This document shows positions 12,345-26,437 of a stretch of DNA of 64,000 nucleotides, in pieces. The notes beneath the pieces are model-generated. The model was not told the DNA's origin. It saw only the letters and a list, made by a program, of their open reading frames with translations, and searched no databases. This DNA comes from Octopus sinensis. Its lineage: Eukaryota. Numbering within the stretch: the first letter of the stretch is position 1; each line of letters opens with the position of its first letter. A program made the position numbers and the translations under genes. The DNA lies in contig NC_043008.1 of NCBI RefSeq assembly GCF_006345805.1, forward strand, positions 23,560,001 to 23,624,000, written 5' to 3'.

Positions 12345-12629
12345 TATATTAACTTTTATAACGTAAAAAGGGTCTTAAGGAACGGTTATCTCCCTAACGC
12401 CGCAAAATTACATGTCGGATGTATAAATATTTGAATAACACATGCGTTTAACTCCTTTTCTCAATTTATCTAGTCTCCACCGCTCCTCAATTTGTTTCTG
12501 CTCCTTCTTTTCGCAGTCTGTTTGATCCGTTTTGCTTGTTTGATGGCAGTGGTTTCAAGTTCTTCATCTAATTCAAGCCGTTTCCTCCTCCTCCCCTCCC
12601 CTTCCCCCTTCCTCCTCATCCTTCTCCTC

Positions 12630-14998
12630 ATCACCATCATCATCATTTTCACAGGTTTTGTTGGAGCTTCTGGAGTCTTGCGTAATGGGCTTACTAACTG
12701 CAATCTACGGTACCATGCTATTCGTTCTTTTCAGCTACCTAATACTTTCCTGATTATTCTGGCTGTGCCAAGGAGGCAAACATATCGTAACAGTTCTACT
12801 GGGCACTCAATTCCAATTTCCTTTATATTCCTCTTGATGCCTTCTGATCCCGTTTCCAAGGATCCAACAATAACTGGCACTATCTTCACCTTCTTCATTT
12901 TCCATAGCCGAGCTATTTCGTACTTAAGAGGGCTGTATCTATCTTTACGCTTTCCTTCTTGACTATTCGTGGATCAAAAGGGGATGCAACGTCAAATATA
13001 TAGCATATGTGGTGCACCGTGTCCACCACCACTAGATCCAGTCTGTTTTGTTCTATTACCTGATTTATTTGGATTAGGAAATTGCAGAGGATTTTGCTAA
13101 TCTCCGACTCCGCCACCCTCTGCAGTTTGTGCTCATACCAAGTCTTACCTCTCTCTAGCCCCCACTTTTGGCACAGTTTCTAATGTAGCAATTTCGGTAC
13201 CTGGCCGTTTCGCCACAACTTGTAGTGGTTTTGGGTAAGTCTAAGGCATTCGTTCATGATATGGGCAATGGTTTCATCCACTCTATTGCAGATGAGGCAC
13301 AGAGGAGACAATCGCTCATTCCTAAGACTCTCCAGTTCGAAGCCAAAGCTTGGTCTTGCGCTGCCAGTATAGTGCTCTTGGTCTCTTATTTTAGGGGGTT
13401 CCTTTCATAAGTCAGTCTCACCTATTTTTTCCAGCAACTTCTGTTGTGGCTACGTGGAATTGATTGCGTAGTTCCTTGTTGCGTAATTCTTCTTCATGTC
13501 GTTTTTGTACTTCTTCCTTTGTTTTCCCTTTTTCTCTGCTCTCAATACTCCCTCGAGCAAGGTTTCCTTACTTTGGGCTAGGTATCTCATTAAGCTCTCG
13601 AGTTCGATACGCGCGCAGTCTTCCACACTTATCAGTCCCCTTCCTCCATTTGCTCTCTTCATGTATATGCGATCAGTACCTGCACGTGGATGTTGGGCTC
13701 CATGTATCGTTAGGAGCTTTCTTGATGTCCTGTTCATCTCCTTTAGCTCCTCTTGTGTCCACTTCGGGACTTCAGCGCTATACCGAACTACTGCGACTTA
13801 CGCACGAGTTTATTGCCGAAATTATGTTTTAGGAATTCACCTTTGGAGCCAATATTTTTCTCACTCGCCGCAATATTTTTATTACTTGTTTTTGTCCTTT
13901 CCTTCATGTCGTGGTGTTTATAGCTGGACTAAGGTTGAATTGCCTTCACCATTTCACCAATTGGCAAGCATATGCCTTCTGTCCTAGCAAGCTTTTCCTC
14001 GTCTCATCACCATCGTAGCATATTTTGAGTGTCCAAGCTCTATCTTAATATCATTGGAGAAAATCCGCACAGACTGAACTAGGCTGTTCAGTTCTGCCTC
14101 AGTTTTTGTGAATAGCTTTAGGTTGTCCATGTATAGCAAATGGTTCAGTTTTCCTTTACTTCTTCCCTGATCATACTCCAACTTTGTTTTCTGTAGTATT
14201 TCACTCAAGGGGATCATTTCCAGCACGAATATCAGTGGGGACATCTGATCCCCTAGAAGATTCCGCTCTTGATTTTCACCTGTCCTAGTACTTGCTTCCC
14301 GTCTGTCAATTCCGTTCTTCTGTATCTCATGCTATTCCATATAAAGCCTCTTATATATTCCACACCATACTTTTTCCCAAGTATCTATGTAGTTCACTGG
14401 TCAAAGCACCTGACATTAGTTTCCACATTAGCGGAAGGCATGTTATTAGTCTAAAGATAGATGCAACATTTCCCTTTTCAGGATCCTTAGCACATAACAC
14501 TGTCTTTCCCTTTGTCATCCAGCTGGGTATTGCGCCTTCCAGCAAGCATTCATCTAACTGTTGTGCTATCCTGTCATGGAGCTCTCTCAGCTTCTTCATC
14601 CAGCAACCATGGATCCCTATCCGGCCCTGGGCTCTTCCAATTTGGAAATTTTGTTAACTATTTTTTTAATCATTTCTGTAGTTATTTTTATGTCTTCTTC
14701 GACTTCTATATTCCTTAATCTATCTGGGATTTCATGCAGCCACTCTGCTTTATCATTATGCTCTACTGTTGTTCCCAGATCCCTCTCCAGAATGCCTTGC
14801 TTTCCTAGATGGGCAAATACACGTAACAATGACACCAGATGCAGAGCCGATAAATTATGTACCAGTTGCGTACTGGAGTCGTTTTCTCGTCGATTTCTCG
14901 TCTGGAATAGCCCAAGAGCCGAATCTACCTTTTCGGTTCCAACTTTGAGCTTGCATCGATCAATGTACCTAATGCTAGGGTTGTGGTGCTTTGTCTAG
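12630..14998 (-). mobile_element. R4/Dong-type non-LTR retrotransposon remnant (RT + RLE)
   Basis: RLITCLPLMWKL, SPLIFVL..IPLS, LNHLLYMDNLKLF, HPRAGTDRIYM, KILCNFLIQ..NRLDLVVVD, FDVASPFD; (TGA)n tail. Confidence 0.85.
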
Positions 14999-15673
14999 TC
15001 TATATAAAAAAAAAGACAGAGAGAAAAGCAGAGATTATGAAATAATTATATCCAATAGGGGCCACTTTCTTGGAATTTAGCGGGTGAAGATAGAAACATT
15101 GTTAAATTATTGATACTGATATTATTTTAGTTTAATTTACGGGCATTTAATTAAAGATAGTGTATCTGAACATATGAATCATTTATCTTGAAACTTAGGT
15201 GGCATGTCGTATATGTGTAAGTAGTTAAGTTTATTTAAAGTTTAAATAATACAATAAAGGGCTGGGGAAATACTTTTTTTGATAGGGAATTTGTGAAAGA
15301 TTCTCTGTAAAAGGCTGTAGTTACTATTTATTAAAAATTGATGGTTGAAATAATTTCTACCGCAAGATATTACAGAAATGGGGAATCGAAATCAACAATG
15401 ATGCCATATTCGATTCATAATGAAATATGTGTGTTCACTTTAACGTGCTACAAGTAAGCAGATGGGATAAACGAATAAAGACAAGTTGTTTATTTGATAA
15501 TTGTGGTGATGATATTTATTGGTAATAATGATGAGGATGATGATAATTAAAATAAAATTTAATCAATATAGTAAAACAATGACAATCTCACGTCAATAAT
15601 TCATTTGATTATTTGCTTTAGAAAGTACAATTGAAAAAGAAAGCAAAAATCACCATTATGATACAGGACGTGG

Positions 15674-16878
15674 TAGAGAGGGCGGACGTTTTTGAAATGG
15701 CTATTACTCATTCCCAGTGGAAGGGACATATGTCCGACAGATACCGTTCGGTCCGTGGTGTCTTAACATTTTTCTATTCTGCATGAGTTTCGGCGCCACT
15801 TCAACATTCACCGAAGTGAGGCTGTTCCCACCTGTTCCCACGTTGGGTGAATGCACTTCATACACGAGGTACACTAATGAACAGGAGACTGGTGGGGGCG
15901 CCACGAACAGTACGGACCCTGGAAAATGCGGAACGCGTCAGACAAACTTTGATACGGAGTCCGAAACACTTTGCTCGGAGGAATTCCACTGAAGTTTGCA
16001 TCGGTTAACAATAGATAAGGCACACTTTGCATGAAGACCTGCATTTTCACCCGTACAAATTGGTCATTGGACAACAGTTGAAACCATGGGATTATGACAG
16101 CGGGTTAACTTTGCACATCAGGTGGAAGCAATGTTTGAGGCAAATGAACCTAATTTTGTTAATGAGTGATGATGCTCATTTTCATCTCAGTGGTATGGTG
16201 AATCAATAGAACTGTCGTTATTGGGCTCTTAAAAATCCGAGAGAACCGCACGAAAGACTACTGCACTGCCCAAAAGTGACGGTCTGGTGTGCTGTTGGAC
16301 AAGTTGCCTTCATTGATCCTTACTTTTTTGAAGGCAATAATGGAAATGTTGTTACTGTGAACTCCGAGCGTTACATCGAGATGATAAACAACTTCTTTGT
16401 GCCTGAACTACAACGAAAACGTATGCCTATTCGATGTGCGTGGTTTCAGCAGGTTGGAGCGACGGCCCACACAACCAGAGCATCAACGGATGTTCTTCGC
16501 TCTCTCTTCGGTGACCTCCTCATTTCCTAGTTTGCTGACATTCCTTGGCCCCCGCCGTTCCCTGATTTGTCCAATATGTAACTATTTATTGTGCCTCCGA
16601 ATTGTATGTATGCGCATAAGACGCGTACACTGGACGATTTGAAGGAAGCTATTCTCGTGGAAGTCACCTAAATCGACAGAACAATGCTGGAGAGAGTGGA
16701 AGCCAACTTCCAAGAACGCCTTCTGAAAAGCGTCAATGAAAATGGACACCACATGATGAATGTTGTTTTCCACACTTGATTTTGACAAATGATAATTCAA
16801 TACACTGATGTCAATAAAATTTTCTCGCAGCTAAAATGAATGATTTTGTGATTTTTTTATGAACGTCCGCCCTCTCTA
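15674..16878 (+). mobile_element. Tc1/mariner element of the D,D41D (rosa/VS-type) group, decayed
   Basis: TIR TAGAGAGGGCGGACGTT/AACGTCCGCCCTCTCTA; FHPYKL, MSDDAHFHLSG.VN, PKVTVWC, TVNSERY, WFQQ(V)GATAHT; 41 residues from the second to the third catalytic position. Confidence 0.8.
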
Positions 16879-17649
16879 AATAATGAAACAGAAACTAAAT
16901 AAATTTCATTGCTAAAGGGAAGTAAGTCTTTTTCGTCTTTTTTAAATATAATAACACTCAAAATAAAGAATACATTTGAAATCTCATATCTGCGCTTTTA
17001 ATGAAACAGTGTTTTCCATTCCTCCCACCATCTATTATAAAATTTTCATATGAAACTATTCCTTTTGTATACATTCAAGTGGGTGGCACACAACACTTTC
17101 AACAAAGCTAGCTGCAGGCAGCAGAGATGCTTATAAATTCTCGCCACAAAAGCGTTGTTCACCACTTGGCAGTAGCCCATAAATGCTTCGTTCAGGTTAA
17201 TGTTTTATCACACTTGAAACATCTAGTTGAAGATAAATACCAGCTGGCTATCGACACAAGATCGCAAATTCAGCTCAACTGTTCACAAGTAATGAATTTT
17301 ACATTGATATAAAGCAATTAATTCCAAAGGAAAGATCATATCCGATTGAATTACTTTCTAGAGCATCAGAAGTTTCTGTAGAACATTTGTTGGTATCATT
17401 CGTTTCGATACTGAATGAAGAGCGAAGTTCTGTGACCTGAAGGAAGAAATCTTGTGCGCCATTCTCTCTTGACATCAATAACATGGAACATGGAACTAAA
17501 ACCAAAACCTCCAACCTCGTTACAAAGCTCAGCTTCGTAACCTCCTGATCTCTTTTGATGTTTTTACGTGGATAACAGCTAAAAGCATAACAAAAGTTGA
17601 CAGTCCTCTCATGGACTCGAGCATATTTCAACGTCCAAAAGTAACTGAC

Positions 17650-18010
17650 TGACTACAAAGCTCAAGTAGAATACTGGTATGCTGCTCCCACATCTCCGAA
17701 GGTGCTACTGCGGTACACGAAAACCCTAGATCGAATTTAAAAGAAAGCCACTCATGTGATTAGAATGAAATTGCACTAATTCCGATATCCGTTACTAACC
17801 TGCAGGTTCTTTGCTCTTCCTTGCCTATTGCTACTATATGCCTATGTTTCTTGAATCTCGTGCCTCTCCACAAAACTCGACAAAGTACCCACTCATCTCA
17901 CCACCCATATTGTCTGTCCTTTTGTGTTTCGTTTGCTTAACCCTTCTTCATAAGTAAGACAAATTGTGTTGTTTCTGGAGACGTTAACGTGTTAAACACC
18001 AATTTCACTG
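17650..18010 (+). mobile_element. Possible CR1/Jockey-like LINE 3' remnant
   Basis: YKAQVEYW.AAP...LDRI*KKATHVI resembles the post-RT region; heavily decayed. Confidence 0.3.
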
Positions 18011-19193
18011 CCTTAGAGAGCCTGCCTTCTTCAAGCCTCACAACTGGGGAGAGGAAAAGATCAAATCCAGTTCTTCACTGGTATTTCGATCTCAGAAAGA
18101 GGAAAGGCAATGTCGTCTTCGGTATTCTACAAACTAAATACTAAAACACATCCTCCTTCCTATCCCCACAATGTCCCGTTGAAATCCATCATTCATAGCA
18201 AAGTGAAAAAAATAGTTTTCTTTCATACCAGTCTCAGGAAAGGATTCTGTGCCTTTTAGAGATCCTCGGAAATGTGACTTTGTTAATATTTCCCCTTTCG
18301 CTGAAATACAATTTTATTTCCTTGCAGACTTTTCTCATGTATATTGCTTTCTCTATAACAAAGATGAAAATGATTCGCTGAACAGAAGGACATTATGTTG
18401 AAACTGCACACGAAATAATTTCGGTCTTCCAACAACAACGTACGAGACAGCCAACTACAGGAAGTCAGACTTTTTAAACCGTAGATCTTTCGATGACTTT
18501 GGAATGGATAAATAGTGTTATATCATCGTAACTGATGTATCACAAGACTACTGCCGTTTCTTCAGAATGGATATTATTATTATTTATCTCTAGATCAGCT
18601 CTTGCTCAGCAAGACTATAATTAAAGGCATTTCAGCCATGGCTGTTCTATCTTGTTCAGACATAGTGTGTCTGGAATTCCTTTTTCAAAACCACCTTCCC
18701 TTTTTAAGATGGTAGTATGTAATTTAATTGATTTGATCGTTCGAACACATAGGGGCTCCCTAAATGGTTAGATCTAATCGATAGTGTATCACAAGGCAAC
18801 AGTTTTCCACTTAGAGTCAATGTTGGGAGCCCTAATACTATTTTGTGCACTCAACAAGGGTGAGTCACAATAAAGAATGCTGTGCTTTTTGACGTTGACT
18901 CTCCATTAGTTATAATGATACAATGCATATCATATCAGTCTAACTTCATTTGTATCCATCTTATTAATAGCTACAACTAGTGTAATAGCATGCTAATTAA
19001 AACTGGAATCCTATAACTGATATGGTAATTAATGTATCGATATGACGAGTTGGATTGCTCTGAAACCAATTGATTACAAAAGGAAATTTTATTAGAAGAT
19101 TGTGAGATTAATTGTCAGATAACTACATTGATGGATAGCCAAATGTATGGTTAATCAATTTCTAGGAAGAATATTGAGAAAAACATTCACAAT

Positions 19194-19535
19194 AGATGCA
19201 GGTGTGGCTGTGTAAGAAGCTTGCTTCCCAACCACATGGTTCCGGGTTCGGTCCCACTACATGGTACCTTGGGCAAGTGTCTTCTACTATAGCCTCGGCC
19301 CGATTAAAGCCTTGTGAGTGGATTTGGTAGACGAAAACTGAAAGAATACCCCCTCCTGTCATCGCTTGACAACCGATGTTGGTGTGTACGTCTTCGTAAT
19401 TTCGCGGTTCAGCAAAAGAAACCGATAAAATAAGTACTAGGCTTACAAAAATTAAGACCTAGTGTCGATCCGTTCGACTAAAGGCGGTGTTCCAGCATGG
19501 CCGCAGTCAAATGACTGAAACAAGTAAAAGAATAA
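19194..19535 (+). mobile_element. tRNA-derived SINE
   Basis: A-box-like GTGGCTGTG and B-box GGTTCGGTCCC; body CACCTTGGGCAAGTGTCTTCTACTATAGCC-like; A-rich tail; head recurs at ~63295. Confidence 0.8.
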
Positions 19536-22423
19536 AGAAATAAAAGAAAGTTAAATAATTGAATTACTGAAGGCTATCCTCATTCAATTAAGTTGGCGTG
19601 TGGGAAGAATTGTTAGAGCATAGAAAATGCTTTGCTACATAACGTTGGCATCTGCAAGATTTGAAATCATAACGTTTATGATTTCAAATCTTGCAGATGC
19701 CAACGTTATCATTCATCCCTGCAGGGCTGATAACATAAAGGACAAGTCAAATACTAGGGCTAGTGCAATCGACTAACACTTCCTCTTGAAAACTGCACCT
19801 GAGTCAGAAAACAATACATTCATTTAATAGACATACCGGAACGTTTAAATATTTGGCTCACATCATACATATACCTTACATAACACCTTTATTCTTATAG
19901 CTAATGCATCTAACGCCTTAGTTAAAACTTGCATCGAAGCATCTAACGCCTTATTTTAAGACTTGAAATAGAACACCAAAGTAATAAAACACTTGTTAGT
20001 TTCATAGTGCCCAGGTTGCTGACGACGGTAAACTATACTAACAAATGTTTCATATATACAGTCTGTGGGTCCGTAATTTGTGAAAATAAAATAACAAGAA
20101 TCCGGAAGATTCCAGTAGTCATGTGACCTTAGTGTGCAAACCAACTGAATAGACAGAAACTATTGATCGATTGCAAATGATTGCCAAATTTTCAGAATGT
20201 AAATTTCATCGTATCGGACCCGAAGGGGATTGAACTGTCAGCCAAAAGTTTGGCAGGTCGTATCTCGTCACTGGCTCTATGCAGGTTTGATCGTCGTAGC
20301 GTTTCAATAGATATATTCATGCTGAGAAACGGCATAATTAACACTTCCATTCTTTTTTAGCACCCAGGTAATCCTGAAAAGCATTCCTCCAATAACTAAT
20401 AAGGCCTTCTCCAGTCCATTGCATATCTAGAAATATATTATTGAGTTTGTTTTTCCTTCTCAAGACTGTACGGTTTAATTTGAGTAATATTTGGCAGCTA
20501 CTTCTAGAAACTTGAACTACCAATTTGTTGGCTCATCAAGATTTACTTTACTTCGTCGTCGACCTATGTGTTTAGGAAAACTGGCAGAAAGTTGCTCCTG
20601 CATTCAGGAGAATTTCATTAACTCATATCATTTGTATTGCCTTGTACTCAGCTGCGATTTTTGCACTATTAACCTATCATTGATATCTAAATTCTTGCGA
20701 TATTTCAACACAAGTTTGCAATGTAAGGACCTGATTCGAAATCAGAAATCTCTATTAAATCTTAAATTCACAATGCATACTCTGAAGATACCATATAGTA
20801 AATGTTATCTGTTTGATTTGTGCCGAATCGTGTGTTGTGGCAACTATTGACGAATAGATCTTTTAAAACTTTGCTTCAAAATGAGATTGAAGCATAGTAA
20901 AAACGAATTCATTTCGTGAGTCAACTAACAAACAATGTATTTGCAACTTTTTCTCTGGTCATCATTTGGCCTTCTTAACGTGATATAAATACAAAATTCT
21001 AACGAGATAAAGGTTCAACCAGCCCAGGATTTTCCCACTTTGAATCAGATCAATGTTACCATTGATTCCCGTCTGTCAATTCCATATAATTCTCTTTCGT
21101 CTCCAAATGGAATGTCGTCTAATTAGCTTCATCTGCAACAATTTGTTTATAATGTATAAATGGCTCTTATATTTGTTTGAAGGAATTCTTCGTTCAATTC
21201 TTCCTTATGAAATATAATTTAAGTTACTCTGTGTCAGATTGAATCAAACACCACGACATCAACGTATCAGGCAGCCAACTGTCGCATGATTTTTCCTTCT
21301 TCTGTTCCGACTATATACATTTCATGTATATTCCTACCCCACTACCTTAAATATTCCTACTCCACTCTACATTCCCCTACTCTCTACACATACTAAAAGA
21401 AATTTCATCGTTATGGGTTTATCTGAAAAAAGCTGCTGGTCACTATCGCTTGAACATTTTGGGAAATGGAATATGCCCTTTTCGTACATCTTTCAATGTT
21501 TTCTGCATTTCTTTGTTTGACATTAATACGGTCAATCCTGAGTGTCTTTACGTGTTCTTTTTTAAGGTTTGGTTTCAAGGATTCAGTTCTCTTTCAAGCG
21601 TGAACTCTTTTTTTTTTTTGAGAGTGGAAATGGCTTGCGATCAAATCGATTAACTTTTGGCTTACTCTTGAACACCTGATACAGTTTTGCCTCGTAAATA
21701 TTAATCAGAAATTTCTTTAGAAGTTATGCCCATATCAAGTAATAATCTCTAACATTTGTGCTGTCGTTCAGTTTTTGCTTTCGAACTTCGGATTGCAACT
21801 AATACGTTGCACTATTACGATTGAAACGTATGTATGAAATTAAAACAATATTCATTAAAGATAACAACAATGATGAAAATATATATGCATTCAAAACACA
21901 TACACATTTCTTTTATTTCCTGCATACAATTCAAAAGAGAGCTCTTCCGATTAAGCTGGTAGAATAACACATTGATTAATTACACAAACCTGCGTTTCAG
22001 ATCATCACTTATCAAAATTTACCAGATCAAAATTTACATAAATATATTTTCCAATGCACATCATTTACTTGAAGTCCAAATTCTTTATTACAGGATACTT
22101 CAAATGATTGGTATGCTGCGTAAATTCATAACTTCAGGTGCTGATTCACCCAAATTGCAAACTATTCGGTCTTCATAAAAAGTTATCGATTGTTGCAAGT
22201 GATATTCAGGGAGAGAGGCATAGGTGATTTACTCGTGGCTAGTACATGTCTAAATCCTTAAATAACTGTCTTAAAATATTCCTACCCCACTCTACATTCC
22301 CCTTCAGACGCACAACACACGCACAATCTCACACATTCAAAATCACAAACGCACACACACAATCACAGCCACTATAATCACACAGCCACATATATTCAAC
22401 CGCCAGCGCACATACTCAATCGT

Positions 22424-22480
<57 letters not shown>

Positions 22481-22644
22481 ATACGAAAACAGAAACATTT
22501 AAACACATAAACATTGCAATGTATGCAAAGCACATACAACATGCACATTCACACACAAATATTAAATCCAAATAACACATATACACACGCATACAGATTC
22601 ATAAACATTCGTTTACATATACATAAAGAAAATATGATATTTAC

Positions 22645-22702
22645 CTGTAGTATGGTATTTGCAATAGGGTTTCGATAAGATAGTACTATAAAAATTACTA
22701 AG
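22645..22702 (-). other. Candidate 58-nt host-gene exon
   Basis: Minus strand: ATTCTTTTCAG| ... CTACAG|GTAAAT; two frames open (LVIFIVLSYRNPIANTILQ or LSNFYSTILSKPYCKYHTT). Confidence 0.3.
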
Positions 22703-23399
22703 CTGAAAAGAATCTAAATATGTGCTATAAATTTAATGTATTCTGTATCAGCAGATGTTTATTGCTGATTTCGAGAAGTACTTTGAATATTAGCATTTAA
22801 TAATGTCCTTTACAACACGTTCTTCAACGTACACGCGAACATATTCTTAATTTAATTCAGGCTGAAGTGGGTTGTGTCAAGGACTTTACTGCATCAGGCC
22901 CATCAAAATTTAACACATTTTTCTGAACATATAGCAGCATAAAACTACATACAGGCGCAAACAGCCACATACATACAGATATGCACAGTTATGTTTATAT
23001 AGATAATGTTATTCTATTTGAAATGTTACGATAATTTATTGAAATATATCTCATGTTATTTTCGTTTATATATGTGCACGAGTATGCATATGCCTATGTA
23101 TTCATGATTGAGATGGTTGAGATTGTGTTTCTGTGTTCGAGTCGCATGTATATGTCTCCGGTTTATGTGATACAAACATACACATATACGTTTGTATATA
23201 CAAAAGGGAGAAAAATGTCCTGAATACATGTAATGGAGATTATTCAACCTTTCGATGCTAGGAATTTATTCCATCACAACTCAAGTTCTATTCAATTTGT
23301 GTGGACTGAAGTCGTATAGAAAAACGTCGGAGAGAATGTTTTGTGATTCATGGTTCCAATAATTTCATATTTTACCACATTGGTTCTACATGGGGATTG

Positions 23400-23830
23400 C
23401 TTTTAAATACTTAGTTACACCATAATTTCGAACGATGGAATTTTCTACTCTGTTGAGTAGCAAGTTCCATCGACTTCAAAATAGTCACCTTGTGCAGCGT
23501 TCTATTTTGAATCTGGACTGGAAGTTGTTTTCCGTAAACGAGTCGAGGATCTTCTGTGAATTGATCTGGATCTCGACAACGGTGTCAAAACGGCGACCTT
23601 TGAGCTGCTTTTCCATCTTGGGTAAGAGACAGAATTCTGCAGGCGCTAAATCTGGTGAATAGGGCGGGTGCGAAAGTGATACCATGTTGTTTGTGGTGAG
23701 AAACTCAAGAGTGAGGAGAGCTCGGTAACAAGGTGCATTGTCGTCGTGAAGAATCCAATTGTTCGCGCTCCTCAGATCCGATCACTTTCGCCGGATGCCT
23801 TCTTTCGAGCGCTTCAAAACGTCGTTGATT
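23400..23830 (-). mobile_element. Mariner 3' fragment
   Basis: HDDNAPC-like region, then HPPYSPDLAPAEFCLLPKMEKQLKGRRF. Confidence 0.8.
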
Positions 23831-24434
23831 GTCTTCCGACGATCCTCATGGTCGAGCTGATAAATTTTCTGGGGGTGACGCTCAGGTCTTCAAGATCGCT
23901 CATCGTCTTTCAGAGACGTTCTTCCGTGATCTTGGTGGGGCCCAAAACGTAATAGGTTATTTGTAACATATAGACATGATCTAAAAAGTTCAGTTCTTGA
24001 ATTTAGACATGTAGCGGGGTCCAAGGAACTTTTGCAGATGAGCCATCTTTCCATATTTTTACTATGTTCTTACACAAGGATCCCATATGTCTTAACTTCT
24101 TTTAATTTTCTATTTTTTATATGCATTTTTTCATTTTTTCTTTTTTCCTTATTAATTGTGTGAATGTGTACGTGTGTGAGTATATGTATGTGTATATCTT
24201 ATATGTTTATGTGCGTGCGTGTGTATATATGTGTATGTGTATGTATATGAGTGTAAGACTGTGTCCGGTGAATAAGTGCAACTTGCATGCACACGTTCCC
24301 TTCATTTATGCGGATATGCATATGTTTGTATATGTGCGGTTGTATGTGTGTGATAGGAGGATGTATATATATTTATATGTGTGTGTGTACATATATATAT
24401 GTATATACGTGCTTGCGGGAGTATGAATGTATGC

Positions 24435-24533
<99 letters not shown>

Positions 24534-24878
24534 CATGAGTATGAATGTATGCATGTATACATATATATATATATATACGTATATTTATATGTATAAGATT
24601 CTAAATATATGTTTTATGTTATGCGTATGTATGCAAAAACCTGTGTACACATATGCGTACAATGTGCATACATATACATATATGCGTGTGTGGATATGTA
24701 TGTATATGTAGGTATACATGCTTGTGTGTCTACGTATGTAGACGTTATGTACACAGGCGGTTTATGTCTATGTATTGTGAGAATAAGTTTGCGTGTATTT
24801 TTTATCTTCTTTATTTTCCTACCTAATAGAGTAACTTCCCTTTTATTCAACGGTTTTTCATAGCATCTATTGCCGTTA

Positions 24879-24937
24879 ATAGCCGACGAGAATGCATCGT
24901 ATCTCTTCGCTCCGACATTCGAGACTCCGAGTACTAT
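24879..24937 (+). ncRNA. Degenerate hammerhead motif
   Basis: ATAG-CCGACGA-GAATG..CATTC-GAGA-CTC C GAG-TA-CTAT; all three stems pair but the core has U4C and A14G; (TA)n ~95 nt downstream. Confidence 0.55.
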
Positions 24938-25025
24938 AATGATAACTTACTGTCTTTTCTGAATTATACCGTACATAAATAATCCTCTGTTCATCTAATA
25001 TCCAGGTCTCATTCTTGTGCTCTCC

Positions 25026-25099
<74 letters not shown>

Positions 25100-25103
<4 letters not shown>

Positions 25104-25635
25104 CAATACTAAATCTCTGAACGAGATGTAAACATTTACCGCTCGACAACTTAAAGTATACTAGCCATCGTCTCCAGTTGGCTTTAGGCACACTTTCTGT
25201 GCCCTTATGGTATTTGCAAAGGGAGGTCATCCCTCTCTCGTAAACCTAAATGATACGCACGGACTGCAGTTTCGAGGTATTTGCCTCTTGTCAACGTACG
25301 CTAATCACGTTCAGAGATTTATTATTGCTTGCAGACAGTTTTTCGAAATCAGTGACAGTAGTTACTGGGAAAAACCTTAAATAGATATTTGCAAACAGGT
25401 CTCTCTTCATCGAAAACCGGTGATTACCGTACGTTGACAAGAGGCAAATACCTCGAAACTGCAGTCCGTGCGTATCACTTGGGTTTACGAGAGAGGGATG
25501 ACCTTCCTTTGCAAATACCATAAGTGCAAAGAAAGTGTGCCTAAAGCCAGCTGGAGACGATGATCTCCTGGGGCTAAAAGCTACAGTAACACCCACCCTT
25601 AGTGGTTAGCCATATTGAGTTGGCTAGTATACTTT
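25100..25635. repeat. Foldback element with nested inverted repeats, flanked by (TA)n
   Basis: 25153-25308 is reverse-complementary to 25420-25635 (57-bp insert in right arm); 25102-25122 also pairs with 25308-25328. Confidence 0.85.
25428..25472 (+). ncRNA. Hammerhead ribozyme, U3-A8 core variant (identical-core mirror copy at 25256-25300, minus)
   Basis: CGTACG-TTGACAA-GAGG CAAATA CCTC-GAAA-CTGCAG-TC-CGTGCG; 6-bp stem I, 4-bp stem II, palindromic stem III, GUC site. Confidence 0.8.
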
Positions 25636-25644
25636 ACGTTATAT

Positions 25645-25815
25645 ATATATACACCGGAGTAAGCACATAAATGTGAAATAAGATGTGTGGGACAAGGTGG
25701 AAAAAAGAGTACTCAAATACCAGAGGTAGAGTAATATGCTTTATTTAAAATCAGCAGAAATATAACAAAAGCTGTTATTTAGAGGTTCACGTTCCCATTC
25801 GTCGGACACTTTTGT
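25645..25815 (-). mobile_element. Second, decayed copy of the 7.83-7.98 kb HHR-(TA)n element
   Basis: Shares CAAGGTGGAAAAAAGAGTACTCAAATACCAG..GTAGAGTAATATGCTTTATTT; HHR reads CCGACGA-ATG GGAA CGT-GAAC. Confidence 0.8.
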
Positions 25816-26266
25816 TGTAATGGAACAGAAATAACGTTATAATCAAAACTAGTAGAAGTAGACACCTTTAAAAATGGATTTGTTTCATTGGTCCTTTCAA
25901 TTAACGGTTTTAAGCATGCAAAAAATTATTACAAAAAGTTGATAAACACAAAGTGAAGAACTCAAAAGAGTTGTCTCCCCTTATTCACAACACAGGAACT
26001 GAAGAACTACAATTACTACTACTTCCTGTTTTGCCAACATCCTTAATTAAACTAAACAACACATGGTTTTAATCCCATTGGATCCTAATACTTCAAGGTA
26101 ATTTTTTCGTGAACAATCATTAAACTCAAGATACACAAAGAATTCACAATGTATCGGAGTACTTATTTTAAAATTTTTGTACATATTTATTATTATTCTT
26201 TTGCAAAAAACAATGCAATTTTCTTTTTTCCCCTTTCTCACTTTAAAAAAAAAAATTTACCTAACT

Positions 26267-26306
26267 ATTCTTGAAAAGTCACATTATGACGAAAACCGGT
26301 TTGAAT
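26267..26306 (+). ncRNA. Hammerhead motif, U3-A8 core variant
   Basis: ATTC-TTGAAAA-GTCA CATTA TGAC-GAAA-ACCGGT-TT-GAAT; palindromic AACCGGTT; UUU site; (TA)n ~95 nt downstream. Confidence 0.65.
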
Positions 26307-26394
26307 TAATATATATTTATATATTTTATCAATTTCTCATTTCATTAAAATTTTCTTTCAATTTAGCATTCTGCATTTTTACAATTTTTCCTTG

Positions 26395-26436
<42 letters not shown>

Positions 26437-26437
<1 letters not shown>

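Noticed and set aside
19030-19075. ATGACGA...GAAA-CCAATTG hammerhead-like text
   Set aside because: A3.G8 mismatch, register problem in stem II and no stem I.
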